This document shows, piece after piece, positions 52,753-61,798 of a stretch of DNA of 64,000 nucleotides (the stretch's first letter is position 1; each line of letters starts with the position of its first letter). Position numbers and translations under genes: made by a program. Origin of the DNA: Nitrospirota bacterium (GTDB lineage Bacteria; Nitrospirota; Thermodesulfovibrionia; Thermodesulfovibrionales; JdFR-86); assembly GCA_963721805.1 (NCBI GenBank), contig CAVRJY010000001.1:1152001-1216000 (forward strand), written 5' to 3'. The notes below the pieces were generated by a model. The model worked only from the letters and a program-made list of their open reading frames with translations, had not been told where the DNA came from and made no database searches.

Positions 52753-53352
52753 TTAAAGCAGCAACAGGCCCAGCCGCAGGCGTATGCTGTTGAGCGGGCC
52801 GTTGGGGCGCGAGGTGCCAGCGTTCGAGATATGGTGGTAGCGGCAGTTGAGGTCGACAGCTACGTGCCTGCCCCAGAGTTCCATATCGGTCGGCCACTTG
52901 ACGCCCGCGCCGAACTGGTACGAGCCGTCCCACTCGCGGCTGAGTTCGGGGACGTGGAGGTTCGTGTAGACCGGCCCGCCTCCGCCGAAAACGTAGGGGA
53001 CGAAACCCTTGGGAGAGGTGAAGTTCCATATGGCGAAGAAGTGAAGCCCGACGATGACCGCGCTCTCGGGGCTGTATACGTAGCTGACCGGAAGCTCGAC
53101 CGCGAATTCGTGGCGGCCGCGATACCAGGAGTCCCCGCCGATCTCGCCGGTCAGGAAATACCCGTAACGTCCCACCAGGTCTATGGCCTCAACGCGCGAG
53201 CGCGTCGCGCCCATGCCGGGGATCGTCTCGCCATATCCGGTGAACAGGCCCCATTCGTCCTTTGCGGTGAGGAAGGCGTCCCGCGTGTCAGCGAGCGCGG
53301 GGGCCGCTGTGCATATAAGCAGCAACAGTGCAAAAAGTACGCGCCTGTGCAC
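52753..53352 (-). CDS. Outer-membrane acyloxyacyl hydrolase / PagL-like beta-barrel
   Basis: Signal peptide (APALA), amphipathic beta strands, YHHISNAG..PN...N catalytic motif. Confidence 0.82.
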   Translation of the reverse strand: MHRRVLFALLLLICTAAPALADTRDAFLTAKDEWGLFTGYGETIPGMGATRSRVEAIDLVGRYGYFLTGEIGGDSWYRGRHEFAVELPVSYVYSPESAVIVGLHFFAIWNFTSPKGFVPYVFGGGGPVYTNLHVPELSREWDGSYQFGAGVKWPTDMELWGRHVAVDLNCRYHHISNAGTSRPNGPLNSIRLRLGLLLL

Positions 53353-53354
53353 CG

Positions 53355-53798
53355 CTATTTTCTCCTGAGCGCCATGACGATTATGAGCCCTACGCCCACC
53401 GTAAGCGCGCTGTCGGCCACGTTGAACGCGGGCCAGTAGTGGTTGCCTATGTGAAAATACAGGAAGTCGTGCACGCTGCCGATACGGATGCGGTCCGTCA
53501 GGTTTCCGGCCGCGCCCCCGAGGATCAGCGAAAGGCTCAGCGGGTGCTCCATGCCCTTTACGAGCATGTATGAGATCACTAATATGGCAACGCTCGCCAT
53601 CGTGATGAAAAAACCGTTGCCCAATGTTACGCCCATGCTGAAGGCCGCCCCGGTGTTGTGCATGTGCACGAGGTCGAGGACCGGCAGCACGTGCACAGAG
53701 TCGCCCGGCGCGATCCGGGCCTGGACGATATACTTTGTCACCTGATCGAGCAGGTATACGCCCGGTATCACGAGCGCGGCTGTAGTCCATTTTTTCAT
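53355..53798 (-). CDS. lspA: Lipoprotein signal peptidase
   Basis: DQVTK, NTGAAFS, GGAAGNLTDR, WPAFNVADS. Confidence 0.96.
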   Translation of the reverse strand: MKKWTTAALVIPGVYLLDQVTKYIVQARIAPGDSVHVLPVLDLVHMHNTGAAFSMGVTLGNGFFITMASVAILVISYMLVKGMEHPLSLSLILGGAAGNLTDRIRIGSVHDFLYFHIGNHYWPAFNVADSALTVGVGLIIVMALRRK

Positions 53799-56566
53799 GA
53801 GATCGCGTTGTGACAGCGGACGCAGATCTCGGGGTGGCCCTCGATGCTGCCTACCTCGGACGTCCAGTTCCAGCACCGCTGGCACTTGGCCCCGGCCGCG
53901 CGCTTTATGCCGATCTTCAGCCCCTCAATAGTGGGGCTTTCATATGCGCCATCAGCGGGCTCGGCCACGATGGCCTCGGATACGATGAACAGCGAGGGCA
54001 GAAACGCGGCCTGTGCCCGCAGCAGCTCGCGGTCGGCCTCGTCCTTGGGCCATACAGCAACCGAGGCCTCAAGCGCGTTTCCGATAAACCGCTCCGCGCG
54101 CCTGAGTTCGAGCGCCTTATTGACCTCGTCTCTGATGGCTATGAGCCGCGCCCATTTCCCTTCAAGCTCAAGGTCGATAAAGGCATCCCTTGCGACCGGG
54201 AAACCAGCCAGAAACACGCTCTCGGCCGGTTTGTTTTTGGTATGCTGCCAGACCTCCTCGGCCGTGAAAGACAGCACAGGGGCCATCAGACGGGTCATGG
54301 TCATCAGGATCTCGTTTAAGACCCACTGGGCCGCGCGCCGCCCGGCGGAGTCCTTCCTGAACGTATAGAGGCGGTCTTTGAGGATGTCGAGGTAGAAGCT
54401 GCTCATGTCCACTATGCAAAAGCGGTAGAGGCTTTGGTAGACCTCGTGGAAGTTAAATGCCTCGTAGCTCTCGGTGACCTTCTTCGTAAGCCCTTCAAGC
54501 CGGGACATCGCCCAGCGGTCGATCTCTAGCAGGCTGCCGGAGTAGTCAGCGCCGTCGAAGTCGTTCAGGTTCCCAAGCAGGTACTTCTCTGTGTTGCGGA
54601 TCTTGCGGTATGCCTCGACGAGGCGGTCGAGGATCTCCTTTGAGATGCGGATGTCGCCGCAGTAGTCCTCGGCCGCGACCCACAGGCGGAGTATCTCGGC
54701 CCCGGAGTTCTTGATGATGTCCTGCGGCGCGACGACGTTTCCGAGGGACTTCGACATCTTCTTGCCCTTGCCGTCCACGGTGAAGCCGTGCGTCAAAACG
54801 GTGCGGTAAGGGGCCGATCCGCGCGTCCCTATCGAGGCCAGCAGCGAGCTTTGGAACCACCCGCGGTGCTGGTCCGAGCCCTCGAGGTACAGATCCGCGG
54901 GCCAGGTGAGCCCGTATCTTTCGTTGAGCACGCAGGCGTGGCTCACGCCGGAGTCGAACCAGACGTCGAGGATGTCTTTCTCCTTCTCGAACTCCGCCCC
55001 GCCGCACTTCGGGCACTTCCAGCCCGGAGGCAGAATCTCTGCGCTCTCGCGCTCGAACCACACGTCAGCGCCGTGCTCCGTTATCATCGCGACCGTGCGG
55101 TCCAGGACTTCCGCATCCGATGCGAGCCTGCCACAGCCCTTGCAATGAAATAGCGCTATCGGCACGCCCCATGTCCTCTGGCGCGAGATGCACCAGTCCG
55201 GGCGGGCCTTGACCATGTTATGTATGCGCTCACGGCCCCATGTCGGGACCCACTGCACGCGGTCGATCTCGGCGAGAGCTTTTTCGCGGAGGCCTTCGTG
55301 CTCCATCGATATGAACCACTGCTCGGTCGCGCGGAATATGACCGGCTTCTTGCACCGCCAGCAGTGGGGGTATGAGTGCTGTATCTTGTCGGAGTTCAGC
55401 AGCGCGCCGCGCTCGGTCAGAATTTCGAGCACGAGCTTGTTGGCCTCGAATACCGGCCTGCCCTCAAGGGCCTCGACGCCCGAGCCCCTGAACTTCCCGT
55501 ACTGATCGACCGGGGCCAGTATGTCGAGCCCCTCGCGCACTCCGACCTTGTAGTCGTCCTCGCCATGTCCGGGCGCGATATGCACTATGCCGGTGCCGTC
55601 CTCGGTCGAGACGAAGTCCCCGTGGGTGACGGTAGATATGCGGTCGAGGAATGGATGGCGCGCGCGGACGCCTATCAGTGTATCGCCGCGTAGGGTCAGC
55701 GCGACCTTTTTCGTTATAGCTGTCTTTGCGCAGAACGAGTCGGCGAGCGCGGAGGCGACGATGTAATGCGGCCCTCCGGCGTCCAGCGCCGAGTATTCGA
55801 TATCAGGGTTCACCGCGAGGGCGAGGTTGGCCGGTATCGTCCACGGCGTCGTCGTCCAGATCACGATATAGGCCTCCTTGCCCGCAAGGCCTAACTTCGC
55901 GAGGTCAGCGTCCTCGATGCGGAAGCGGACGAATATCGAGGGGGATTCCTTGTCCGCGTACTCGACCTCGGCCTCGGCCAGCGCTGTGACGCACGAGGCG
56001 CACCAATGCACCGGCTTCTTGCCCTTATAGACATACCCGCGTTTGACGAACTCCATCAGCTCCCCGGCGATGCGGCCCTCGTACTTGAAGTCCATCGTGA
56101 GGTACGGGGCCTCCCAGAAGCCGAACCCGCCGAGGCGCTTGAACTCCTCGCGCTGGATGTCTACGAACTTCGCGGCGTACTCGCGGCACATCTTGCGCCG
56201 CTCGAGCACGCCGATCTCGGATTTCTTCTTGCCGAGCTGCTTGTCGACCTCGAGCTCGATCGGCAGGCCGTGGCAGTCCCAGCCCGGCACGTACGGGGCA
56301 TAGAGGCCGCGCATCGAGTTGTACTTGACGATGATGTCTTTGAGGATCTTGTTAAGCGCGTGGCCTATGTGGATATGGCCGTTTGCATACGGCGGGCCGT
56401 CGTGGAGGATGTAGGACGGCTTGCCCTTGTTCGATTCGACCAGTTTTTCGGCGATGCGGCCTTTAAGCCAGAAGGCGAGCATCTCCGGCTCGCGCTGGCT
56501 GAGGTTGGCCTTCATGGGGAAGGCGGTTTCGGGCAAATTTAGGGTATCCTTGTAATCTTTTTCCAT
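53795..56566 (-). CDS. ileS: Isoleucine--tRNA ligase
   Basis: HDGPPYANG.IHIGH, WCISRQR, KMSKS, C-terminal CQRCW..CVRC. Confidence 0.98.
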   Translation of the reverse strand: MEKDYKDTLNLPETAFPMKANLSQREPEMLAFWLKGRIAEKLVESNKGKPSYILHDGPPYANGHIHIGHALNKILKDIIVKYNSMRGLYAPYVPGWDCHGLPIELEVDKQLGKKKSEIGVLERRKMCREYAAKFVDIQREEFKRLGGFGFWEAPYLTMDFKYEGRIAGELMEFVKRGYVYKGKKPVHWCASCVTALAEAEVEYADKESPSIFVRFRIEDADLAKLGLAGKEAYIVIWTTTPWTIPANLALAVNPDIEYSALDAGGPHYIVASALADSFCAKTAITKKVALTLRGDTLIGVRARHPFLDRISTVTHGDFVSTEDGTGIVHIAPGHGEDDYKVGVREGLDILAPVDQYGKFRGSGVEALEGRPVFEANKLVLEILTERGALLNSDKIQHSYPHCWRCKKPVIFRATEQWFISMEHEGLREKALAEIDRVQWVPTWGRERIHNMVKARPDWCISRQRTWGVPIALFHCKGCGRLASDAEVLDRTVAMITEHGADVWFERESAEILPPGWKCPKCGGAEFEKEKDILDVWFDSGVSHACVLNERYGLTWPADLYLEGSDQHRGWFQSSLLASIGTRGSAPYRTVLTHGFTVDGKGKKMSKSLGNVVAPQDIIKNSGAEILRLWVAAEDYCGDIRISKEILDRLVEAYRKIRNTEKYLLGNLNDFDGADYSGSLLEIDRWAMSRLEGLTKKVTESYEAFNFHEVYQSLYRFCIVDMSSFYLDILKDRLYTFRKDSAGRRAAQWVLNEILMTMTRLMAPVLSFTAEEVWQHTKNKPAESVFLAGFPVARDAFIDLELEGKWARLIAIRDEVNKALELRRAERFIGNALEASVAVWPKDEADRELLRAQAAFLPSLFIVSEAIVAEPADGAYESPTIEGLKIGIKRAAGAKCQRCWNWTSEVGSIEGHPEICVRCHNAIS

Positions 56567-56576
56567 GTTCAGTGCG

Positions 56577-57587
56577 TTACCTTCTTCTGGGAGTTGGTGG
56601 CGTATAGGCCGGCTCCTCTGAGTCGGAGTCGGGGTCGTTGTCGCTGCTGTTGTCTTCGTTGTCAAACTGGTCGTTGTACGCGGGCTCCTCCGAGATAGGC
56701 GGTCTGACCGCCCTCGCGGGCCTCCGGCGCTCGGCGCCCGGTATAGGCATCTGCGGCCGGGACACGCGCATATTGACGGGCCGTCTTACGGGCGTATTGG
56801 GCAGCGCCTTGACTCCCCCGGCCGTTTCGAATGTCTCGAGCATGGTAAGCGCGCCCTTATCGTCATAGTGGAAAAAGTAGTTCTTGATCCCGGCCAGGGC
56901 CATGATGCGTATGGCGGCGCGCTGGAGTTCCATGCCGCTGAACTCGGTCGAGACGGGCAGGTCAGGCGTGTTGCCGTAGAGCTTCACCGTGAAGCCGCCC
57001 TCCTTGGCCAGCGCGTTGAGCACGGCCGACATCGGGGTGTTTACGATCTTCACGCTCGCGAGGCCCCCCTTGACCGAGACCTCCATGGCGGGCATGGCCT
57101 CTGGCGAGGCTTCATTGGCAAGCCCGGCGGTCGCGTTCGCGACGGCTGGGACAGGGCTATTGGCCAAGGCAGCGGCGTCCCTGGCCGCAACGGGCGCGTT
57201 TAGGACCGCTGGATGTTGCGCGGCTGGGGGCGTCTTGGGGAGCGGCCGCAGCCTGCCTGCCGGCGATGAGGGTATCCGCCGCCCCCTGAGCACTTGCGAG
57301 GGCGCCGCCGGTGCGGACGCTATGGGCGGCGCGATCTCGGCCGGTGACGCCTCGTTTGAGATCGCGTTCTGGCTGGCGAAGACCGGAGGTGGCAGCAATG
57401 CCCGGCCCCTTGTACGCGGGGCCCTTGGGTATGTGGCGCGCCGGGGCGGGGATACGGTATTGATGATCTTCGCATTTCTGAACTGGGCGTCGCTGGAATC
57501 CGAGTCGTCCTCGGCCATGGCCGCGCCTGCGGTCAGCACCGCGAGCGTCAGAGCGGCCAGCGCGAGCCCCAGTATCTTAAGCCGCAT
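56577..57587 (-). CDS. Secreted Pro/Ala-rich hypothetical protein with a secretin/STN-N-domain-like segment
   Basis: Signal peptide (AMA-E); low-complexity linker; folded segment VKIVNTPMSAVLNALAKEGGF...; acidic tail; start overlaps the fusA stop. Confidence 0.6.
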   Translation of the reverse strand: MRLKILGLALAALTLAVLTAGAAMAEDDSDSSDAQFRNAKIINTVSPPRRATYPRAPRTRGRALLPPPVFASQNAISNEASPAEIAPPIASAPAAPSQVLRGRRIPSSPAGRLRPLPKTPPAAQHPAVLNAPVAARDAAALANSPVPAVANATAGLANEASPEAMPAMEVSVKGGLASVKIVNTPMSAVLNALAKEGGFTVKLYGNTPDLPVSTEFSGMELQRAAIRIMALAGIKNYFFHYDDKGALTMLETFETAGGVKALPNTPVRRPVNMRVSRPQMPIPGAERRRPARAVRPPISEEPAYNDQFDNEDNSSDNDPDSDSEEPAYTPPTPRRR

Positions 57588-59675
57588 TATTTTTCCTCTT
57601 CATCTTTTTTGCGCTCGTCCACGAGCTTCTGCGTCAGGTGCGAGGGAAGCTCGTCGTAGTGCGAGAATTCCATATGATACGTGCCCCGGCCGGCCGTCAT
57701 GCTCTGGAGATGGTTTGCGTAGGTGAGCATCTCCGACATCGGGACAGCCGCGGATATGACCTGCTTGTTGCCCTGCGCGTCCATGCCGTGCACCTTGCCG
57801 CGCCGCGAGTTCAGGTCCCCGATGATCGTGCCCATCGCCTCCTCGGGCACCGTGATCGCTACCTCCATCATCGGCTCGAGGATGACCGGCTTGGCGTCCA
57901 TGAACGCCTTTTTGATCGCGAAGCTCCCGGCGATCTTAAACGCCATCTCAGAGGAGTCGACCGCGTGGTATGAGCCGTCGAAGACCGATACCCTCAAATC
58001 CACGACCGGGAACCCGGCATAGAGGCCCTTGTGCATCGCCTCCTGTATGCCCTTGTCCACGGCAGGGATGTAGTTGCGCGGTATCGAGCCGCCAACGATC
58101 TTGTCGACGAACTCGTAGCCGGTCCCGCGCGGCAGCGGCTCGATCTTTATCCAGCAGTCGCCGAACTGCCCCTTGCCGCCGGACTGCTTCTTGTACCTTC
58201 CCTGGGCCTCGGACTTCGCGCGGATCGTCTCGCGGTACGGGATCTTCGGGGCCTTCATCAGGACCTCGACGCCGAACTTGCGCTTGAGCTTCTCCAGCGT
58301 TACCTCGAGGTGGACCTGCCCCATCCCGGCGATGTGCATCTCCTTGGCCTCCTCGTCGCGCGTGAAGCGGAGCGTCGGGTCCTCCTCGAGCACCTTGTGC
58401 AGCCCGGTGGCGATCTTGTCCTCGTCGCCCTTGTTCCTGGCCTCGATCGCGTAGGAGATCATCGGCTCGGCGAAGTCCACCGCATCGAATGCGATCTTCT
58501 GGGCCTCGTCCGAAAGCGTGTTGCCGGTGTGCGTGTCTTTGAGCTTCGCCACAGCGCCGATCTCGCCGGGGCCGAGGGACTTGACCGGGGTGTTTTTCTT
58601 GCCCTGCATCACGAATATCTGCCCTATGCGCTCGGAGGCCTCGGTCGAGGAGTTGTAGACCGTGGAGTCCGCGTTGATCGTGCCGGAATAGACGCGGAAG
58701 AGCGAGAGCTTTCCGGCATAGGGGTCTGCGATGGTCTTAAATACGAACGCCGAGAGCGGGGCGTTCGGCTCGGGGCTGCGGGTGGCCTCGGAGCCGTCCT
58801 TGGGGTTCTTGCCGGTGATCGGCATCTTCTCGGCGAACTCCACCGGGGAGGGCAGGCACATCACTATTGCCTCGAGCAGCCTGTGGATGCCCATGTTCTT
58901 GATAGCGGAGCCCACGACGACAGGCACGAATATGCGCTTGCGCGAGCCCTCGCGCATCCCGAGGAGGATCTCGTCCTCGGTGAGCGCGCCGGTCTCCAGG
59001 TATTTCTCTATGAGCGAGTCGTCGCCCTCGGCGGCCTTCTCTATTAGCTTTGTCCTGAGTTCCTCGGCGCGGTCCCTGAGATCGGCGGGTATGTCAACCT
59101 CCTCGGCGGCCTTTCCGGTGCCGGGGCAGAGGAACGACCTCATGGACATCAGGTCCACGACGCCCTTGAAATTCTCGGCCGAGCCCATCGGGAAGTTAAG
59201 CGCGATGGCGGGCTTGCCGTAGGTCTTCTCTATGTTCTGGAGCGCGGCGTCGAAGTCCGCGCCCTCGCGGTCGACCTTGTTGACGAAGACGAGCGTCGGG
59301 ACGCCGAAGTCCTCGGCGTACTTCATGAGCCGCTCGGTCTCGCCCTTGATGCCGCTCTCAGCGCTCGCGAGCACGACCGCGCCGTCCGCGACCCTGAGGG
59401 CGCCCCTAGCGTCCTCGAGGAAGTTTATGAAGTCCGGGCGTGTCGATGATCGTGATATTGTGGCCCTTCCACGTGCAGTGCGATGGGGACGACGAGATCG
59501 TGATCTTGCGGCTGATCTCCTCCGGCTCGAAGTCGGTTACGGTCGTTCCGTCAAGCACGGTGCCGAGGCGGTCTATCGCGCCCGCGCCGAATAGCATCGC
59601 CTCGACCAGAGTGGTCTTGCCCGAGTTGCTGTGTCCGATTACCGCGATGTTCCTGATTTTGTCGATCTCTGCCAT
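57587..59675 (-). CDS. fusA: Elongation factor G paralogue (EF-G2 type), with an apparent +1 frameshift at ~59433
   Basis: IRNIAVIGHSNSGKTT, DTPG, NKVD, GMGQVHLE, KKQSGGKGQFG, DGSYHAVDSSE; removing one base gives DTPGFINFLEDARGALRVADGAVV. Confidence 0.9.
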
Positions 59676-59699
59676 AGTGATGTTTTTAAAAAACCCCCT

Positions 59700-60137
59700 C
59701 TATGATTTATTGTCTTCGACTATCTGCGTGATGACGGGCAGTTGCGCGTCACCGGGCTTGTGCAGAAAGACAGACCAGAGCTTGACCAGCAAAAGCGCGA
59801 GGATGAGCAATCCGAAACCCGTGACGGCCGAGACCATCTCGGGGTCCCTGCCGGGGAAATATGCAGCGAGGAAGTCCTTGCCGATGACAGCGCCAACGAT
59901 CAGGCCGAGGACGGGTATGCCGTAGGCGATGAGCGCGCCCTTTATGTGGCCCGAGGGCATCTCGATCAGGACGCGCTGGCCCTCGTGCGCGCCGGGCGCG
60001 TTTATGGCCTCGATCTCCATGCCGCCCTCGGCCGCGGAGCAGATGCCGCCCGAGCACTTCTCGCACATGGGCGTCCGCTGCACTTTAACGCGCGCGATAC
60101 GGCCGTTTATGCCCGTTACAACCCCGCACTCTTCCAT
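59700..60137 (-). CDS. rseC: RseC/MucC family membrane protein
   Basis: MEECGVV, CEKCSGGIC, AYGIP..GL TM pair. Confidence 0.82.
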   Translation of the reverse strand: MEECGVVTGINGRIARVKVQRTPMCEKCSGGICSAAEGGMEIEAINAPGAHEGQRVLIEMPSGHIKGALIAYGIPVLGLIVGAVIGKDFLAAYFPGRDPEMVSAVTGFGLLILALLLVKLWSVFLHKPGDAQLPVITQIVEDNKS

Positions 60138-60190
60138 AGTGTCTAATTCTAGCATAACTATATAACCGTTAGGCGGGTAGGCGGCGGGGG

Positions 60191-60230
60191 AAAAACCGCG
60201 CCCCCGGCCCGGTCCGGGCGCGAGGGCGCG
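60191..60230 (-). terminator. GC-rich hairpin plus U-run downstream of the small Cys/His ORF
   Basis: Minus strand CGCGCCCTCG..CCCG-GAC-CGGG..CGGGGGCGCG-GTTTTT. Confidence 0.5.
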
Positions 60231-60247
60231 ATGAGTGGCTTTAAAGG

Positions 60248-60409
60248 CTATTTGCTATGGCTTGAGCAGAACTTCGCGCCGGCCGGGGCCATGCGCTTGC
60301 AGCGCGTCCCGGCGGCGGTCTTGGCCGCGCACTGCGCCGGGGCCTTTTCCTTCCTGGCGGTCGTGCCGCACTTCGATTTCTTTGATCCTCCTCCGCAACA
60401 TCCTGCCAT
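60248..60409 (-). CDS. 53-aa basic Cys/His protein MAGCCGGGSKKSKCGTTARKEKAPAQCAAKTAAGTRCKRMAPAGAKFCSSHSK (DUF5763-like C3H zinc finger; not in ORF track)
   Basis: AGGAGG RBS ~8 nt upstream; CxxxTxxGxRCx(10)CxxH pattern; downstream hairpin. Confidence 0.7.
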   Translation of the reverse strand: MAGCCGGGSKKSKCGTTARKEKAPAQCAAKTAAGTRCKRMAPAGAKFCSSHSK

Positions 60410-60577
60410 GCCCATGCCCTCCTGCGTGGTGATATAAGCGGGCTCATGCCCATCGGCTGTAAGTATATCCCCGGCGTCGCATATCTATCAAGGTTTTTCT
60501 TCGGCCGGGCTGCGCGCGCAATTTCATTAATATGACAAAATGCTCAGGGTCGCACCGGATCGGGTGCGGGGGCTTCC

Positions 60578-60607
60578 TTGACTAAAGAAAATTACATTTG
60601 GTAGGTT
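60578..60607 (+). promoter_or_regulatory. Sigma70-like promoter for dksA (TTGACT-18-TAGGTT)
   Basis: Near-consensus -35, TG extension, AT-rich region. Confidence 0.5.
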
Positions 60608-60637
60608 ATTAGGACTAAATTTTATGAGGTTCAATAT

Positions 60638-61398
60638 ATGCCTGCAAAGAAGAAGAGTATAAAGAAGAAAGCCCCGGCCGCCAAGGCCGCGCCCAAGAAG
60701 GCGGTTGCCAAGAAAACCGTGACGAAGAAAGCTGCGCCCAAAAAGGCCGTTATTGCCAAGAAGGCGGCACCGGCGAAGCAGGCCAAGAAGGCGTGGCCGT
60801 CCCGGTGAAGAAGGCCGTTAAAAAGGCCGCGCCGGTTAAGGCTGCTCCAAAGAAGGTAGTCCCGAAGAAGGCAGCGCCGAAGAAGGCAGTCCCCAAGAAG
60901 GCAGTCCCCAAGAAGGCAGTCCCCAAGAAGACCGCTCCTGTTAAGGTCGCCCCGAAGAAGGTTGCGCCAGTTAAGGCACCGGTCGCACCGCCGCAGCCCG
61001 TGGTCGCGGCCCCGAAGGGCCCGCCGAGGAAACTCACCGCGCGCGACAAGCGCATCCTTAAGATCAAAAATACGCTCCTTATGCAGAAGCATACGCTGCT
61101 GAGCGAGGCCGAGGTGGCCATGAACGCCCTGCCCGAGCAGACGATATTCCCGGACTTGGGGGACCAGGCCTCGGCCGAGACCGACCGCAACTTCATGCTC
61201 CGCCTTCGCGGCCGCGAGCAGAAGCTTATAAAGAAGATCGAAGAGGCCATCGAGCGCATCGACACCTGGACCTACGGCATGTGCGACAACTGCGGCGATG
61301 AGATCGAGATCAGCAGGCTGGAGGCCCGTCCGGTCACGACGATGTGTATCGACTGCAAGACCGAACAGGAAGAGGAAGAGAGACTGCAGGGGGATTAA
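60638..61398 (+). CDS. dksA: RNA polymerase-binding protein DksA with a histone-H1-like Lys/Ala/Pro N-terminal extension; apparent -1 frameshift at ~60793
   Basis: PDLGDQAS, CDNC..RLEARP..CIDC; upstream frame MPAKKKSIKKKAPAAKAAPKK... joins if one G is added (AAG GCG GTG GCC). Confidence 0.9.
60880..60930 (+). repeat. 15-bp coding tandem repeat AAGAAGGCAGTCCCC x3 (KKAVP)
   Basis: Directly visible. Confidence 0.8.
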
Positions 61399-61413
61399 GA
61401 GCTAGATATTCCC

Positions 61414-61446
61414 AAAAGGCGGAGCAGCAATGCTCCGCCTTTTTTT
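61414..61446 (+). terminator. Rho-independent terminator after dksA
   Basis: AAAAGGCGGAGCA-GCAA-TGCTCCGCCTTTTTTT. Confidence 0.9.
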
Positions 61447-61470
61447 GTTGCTCTCATGTGGCTCTGGGAG

Positions 61471-61639
61471 GAAAGCCGCGCTAAAGTCGCGTGATACTGC
61501 GTCACAACTCGCAGCCCGATCCTCAACGTATGTCCATATACGCCTCCGGTCGGTCTGCTCGTTGTTCCTTGTCTGACGCGATTTATCGCGCTTTGGTGAT
61601 GCCTATGCGGGATCGTGCGAGCGGTCAACGGCATTGATT
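61471..61639 (+). repeat. Palindromic repeat copy C (61471-61594) plus inner 29-bp module (61611-61639); left arm of the ATPase cassette
   Basis: GAAAGCCGCGCTAAAGTCGCGTGATACTGCGTCA...CCTTGTCTGACGCGATTTATCGCGCTTT, then GATCGTGCGAGCGGTCAACGGCATTGATT. Confidence 0.88.
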
Positions 61640-61798
61640 TATTCCTCATTCTTTCGGATATACACTGCTCCGACGATGCCCACCCGTTTTCGATGGAATT
61701 TATTTGGTTAAATTGCATCTGATGACTATTTTATCTGTCTCAATATACATGTGATATACTACTGCAATAATATGGTAGACCATAGAAAGGGTTAATCA

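Noticed and set aside
26195..53352. Claim that this organism makes true ladderane lipids or performs anammox
   Set aside because: Similar clusters occur in non-anammox bacteria, ladderane enzymology is unresolved, and no anammox genes are in the window.
61395..61718. 107-aa minus-strand ORF, and short ORFs at 15084-15752 and 63279-63461
   Set aside because: They run through terminators and repeat elements, with no motif support.
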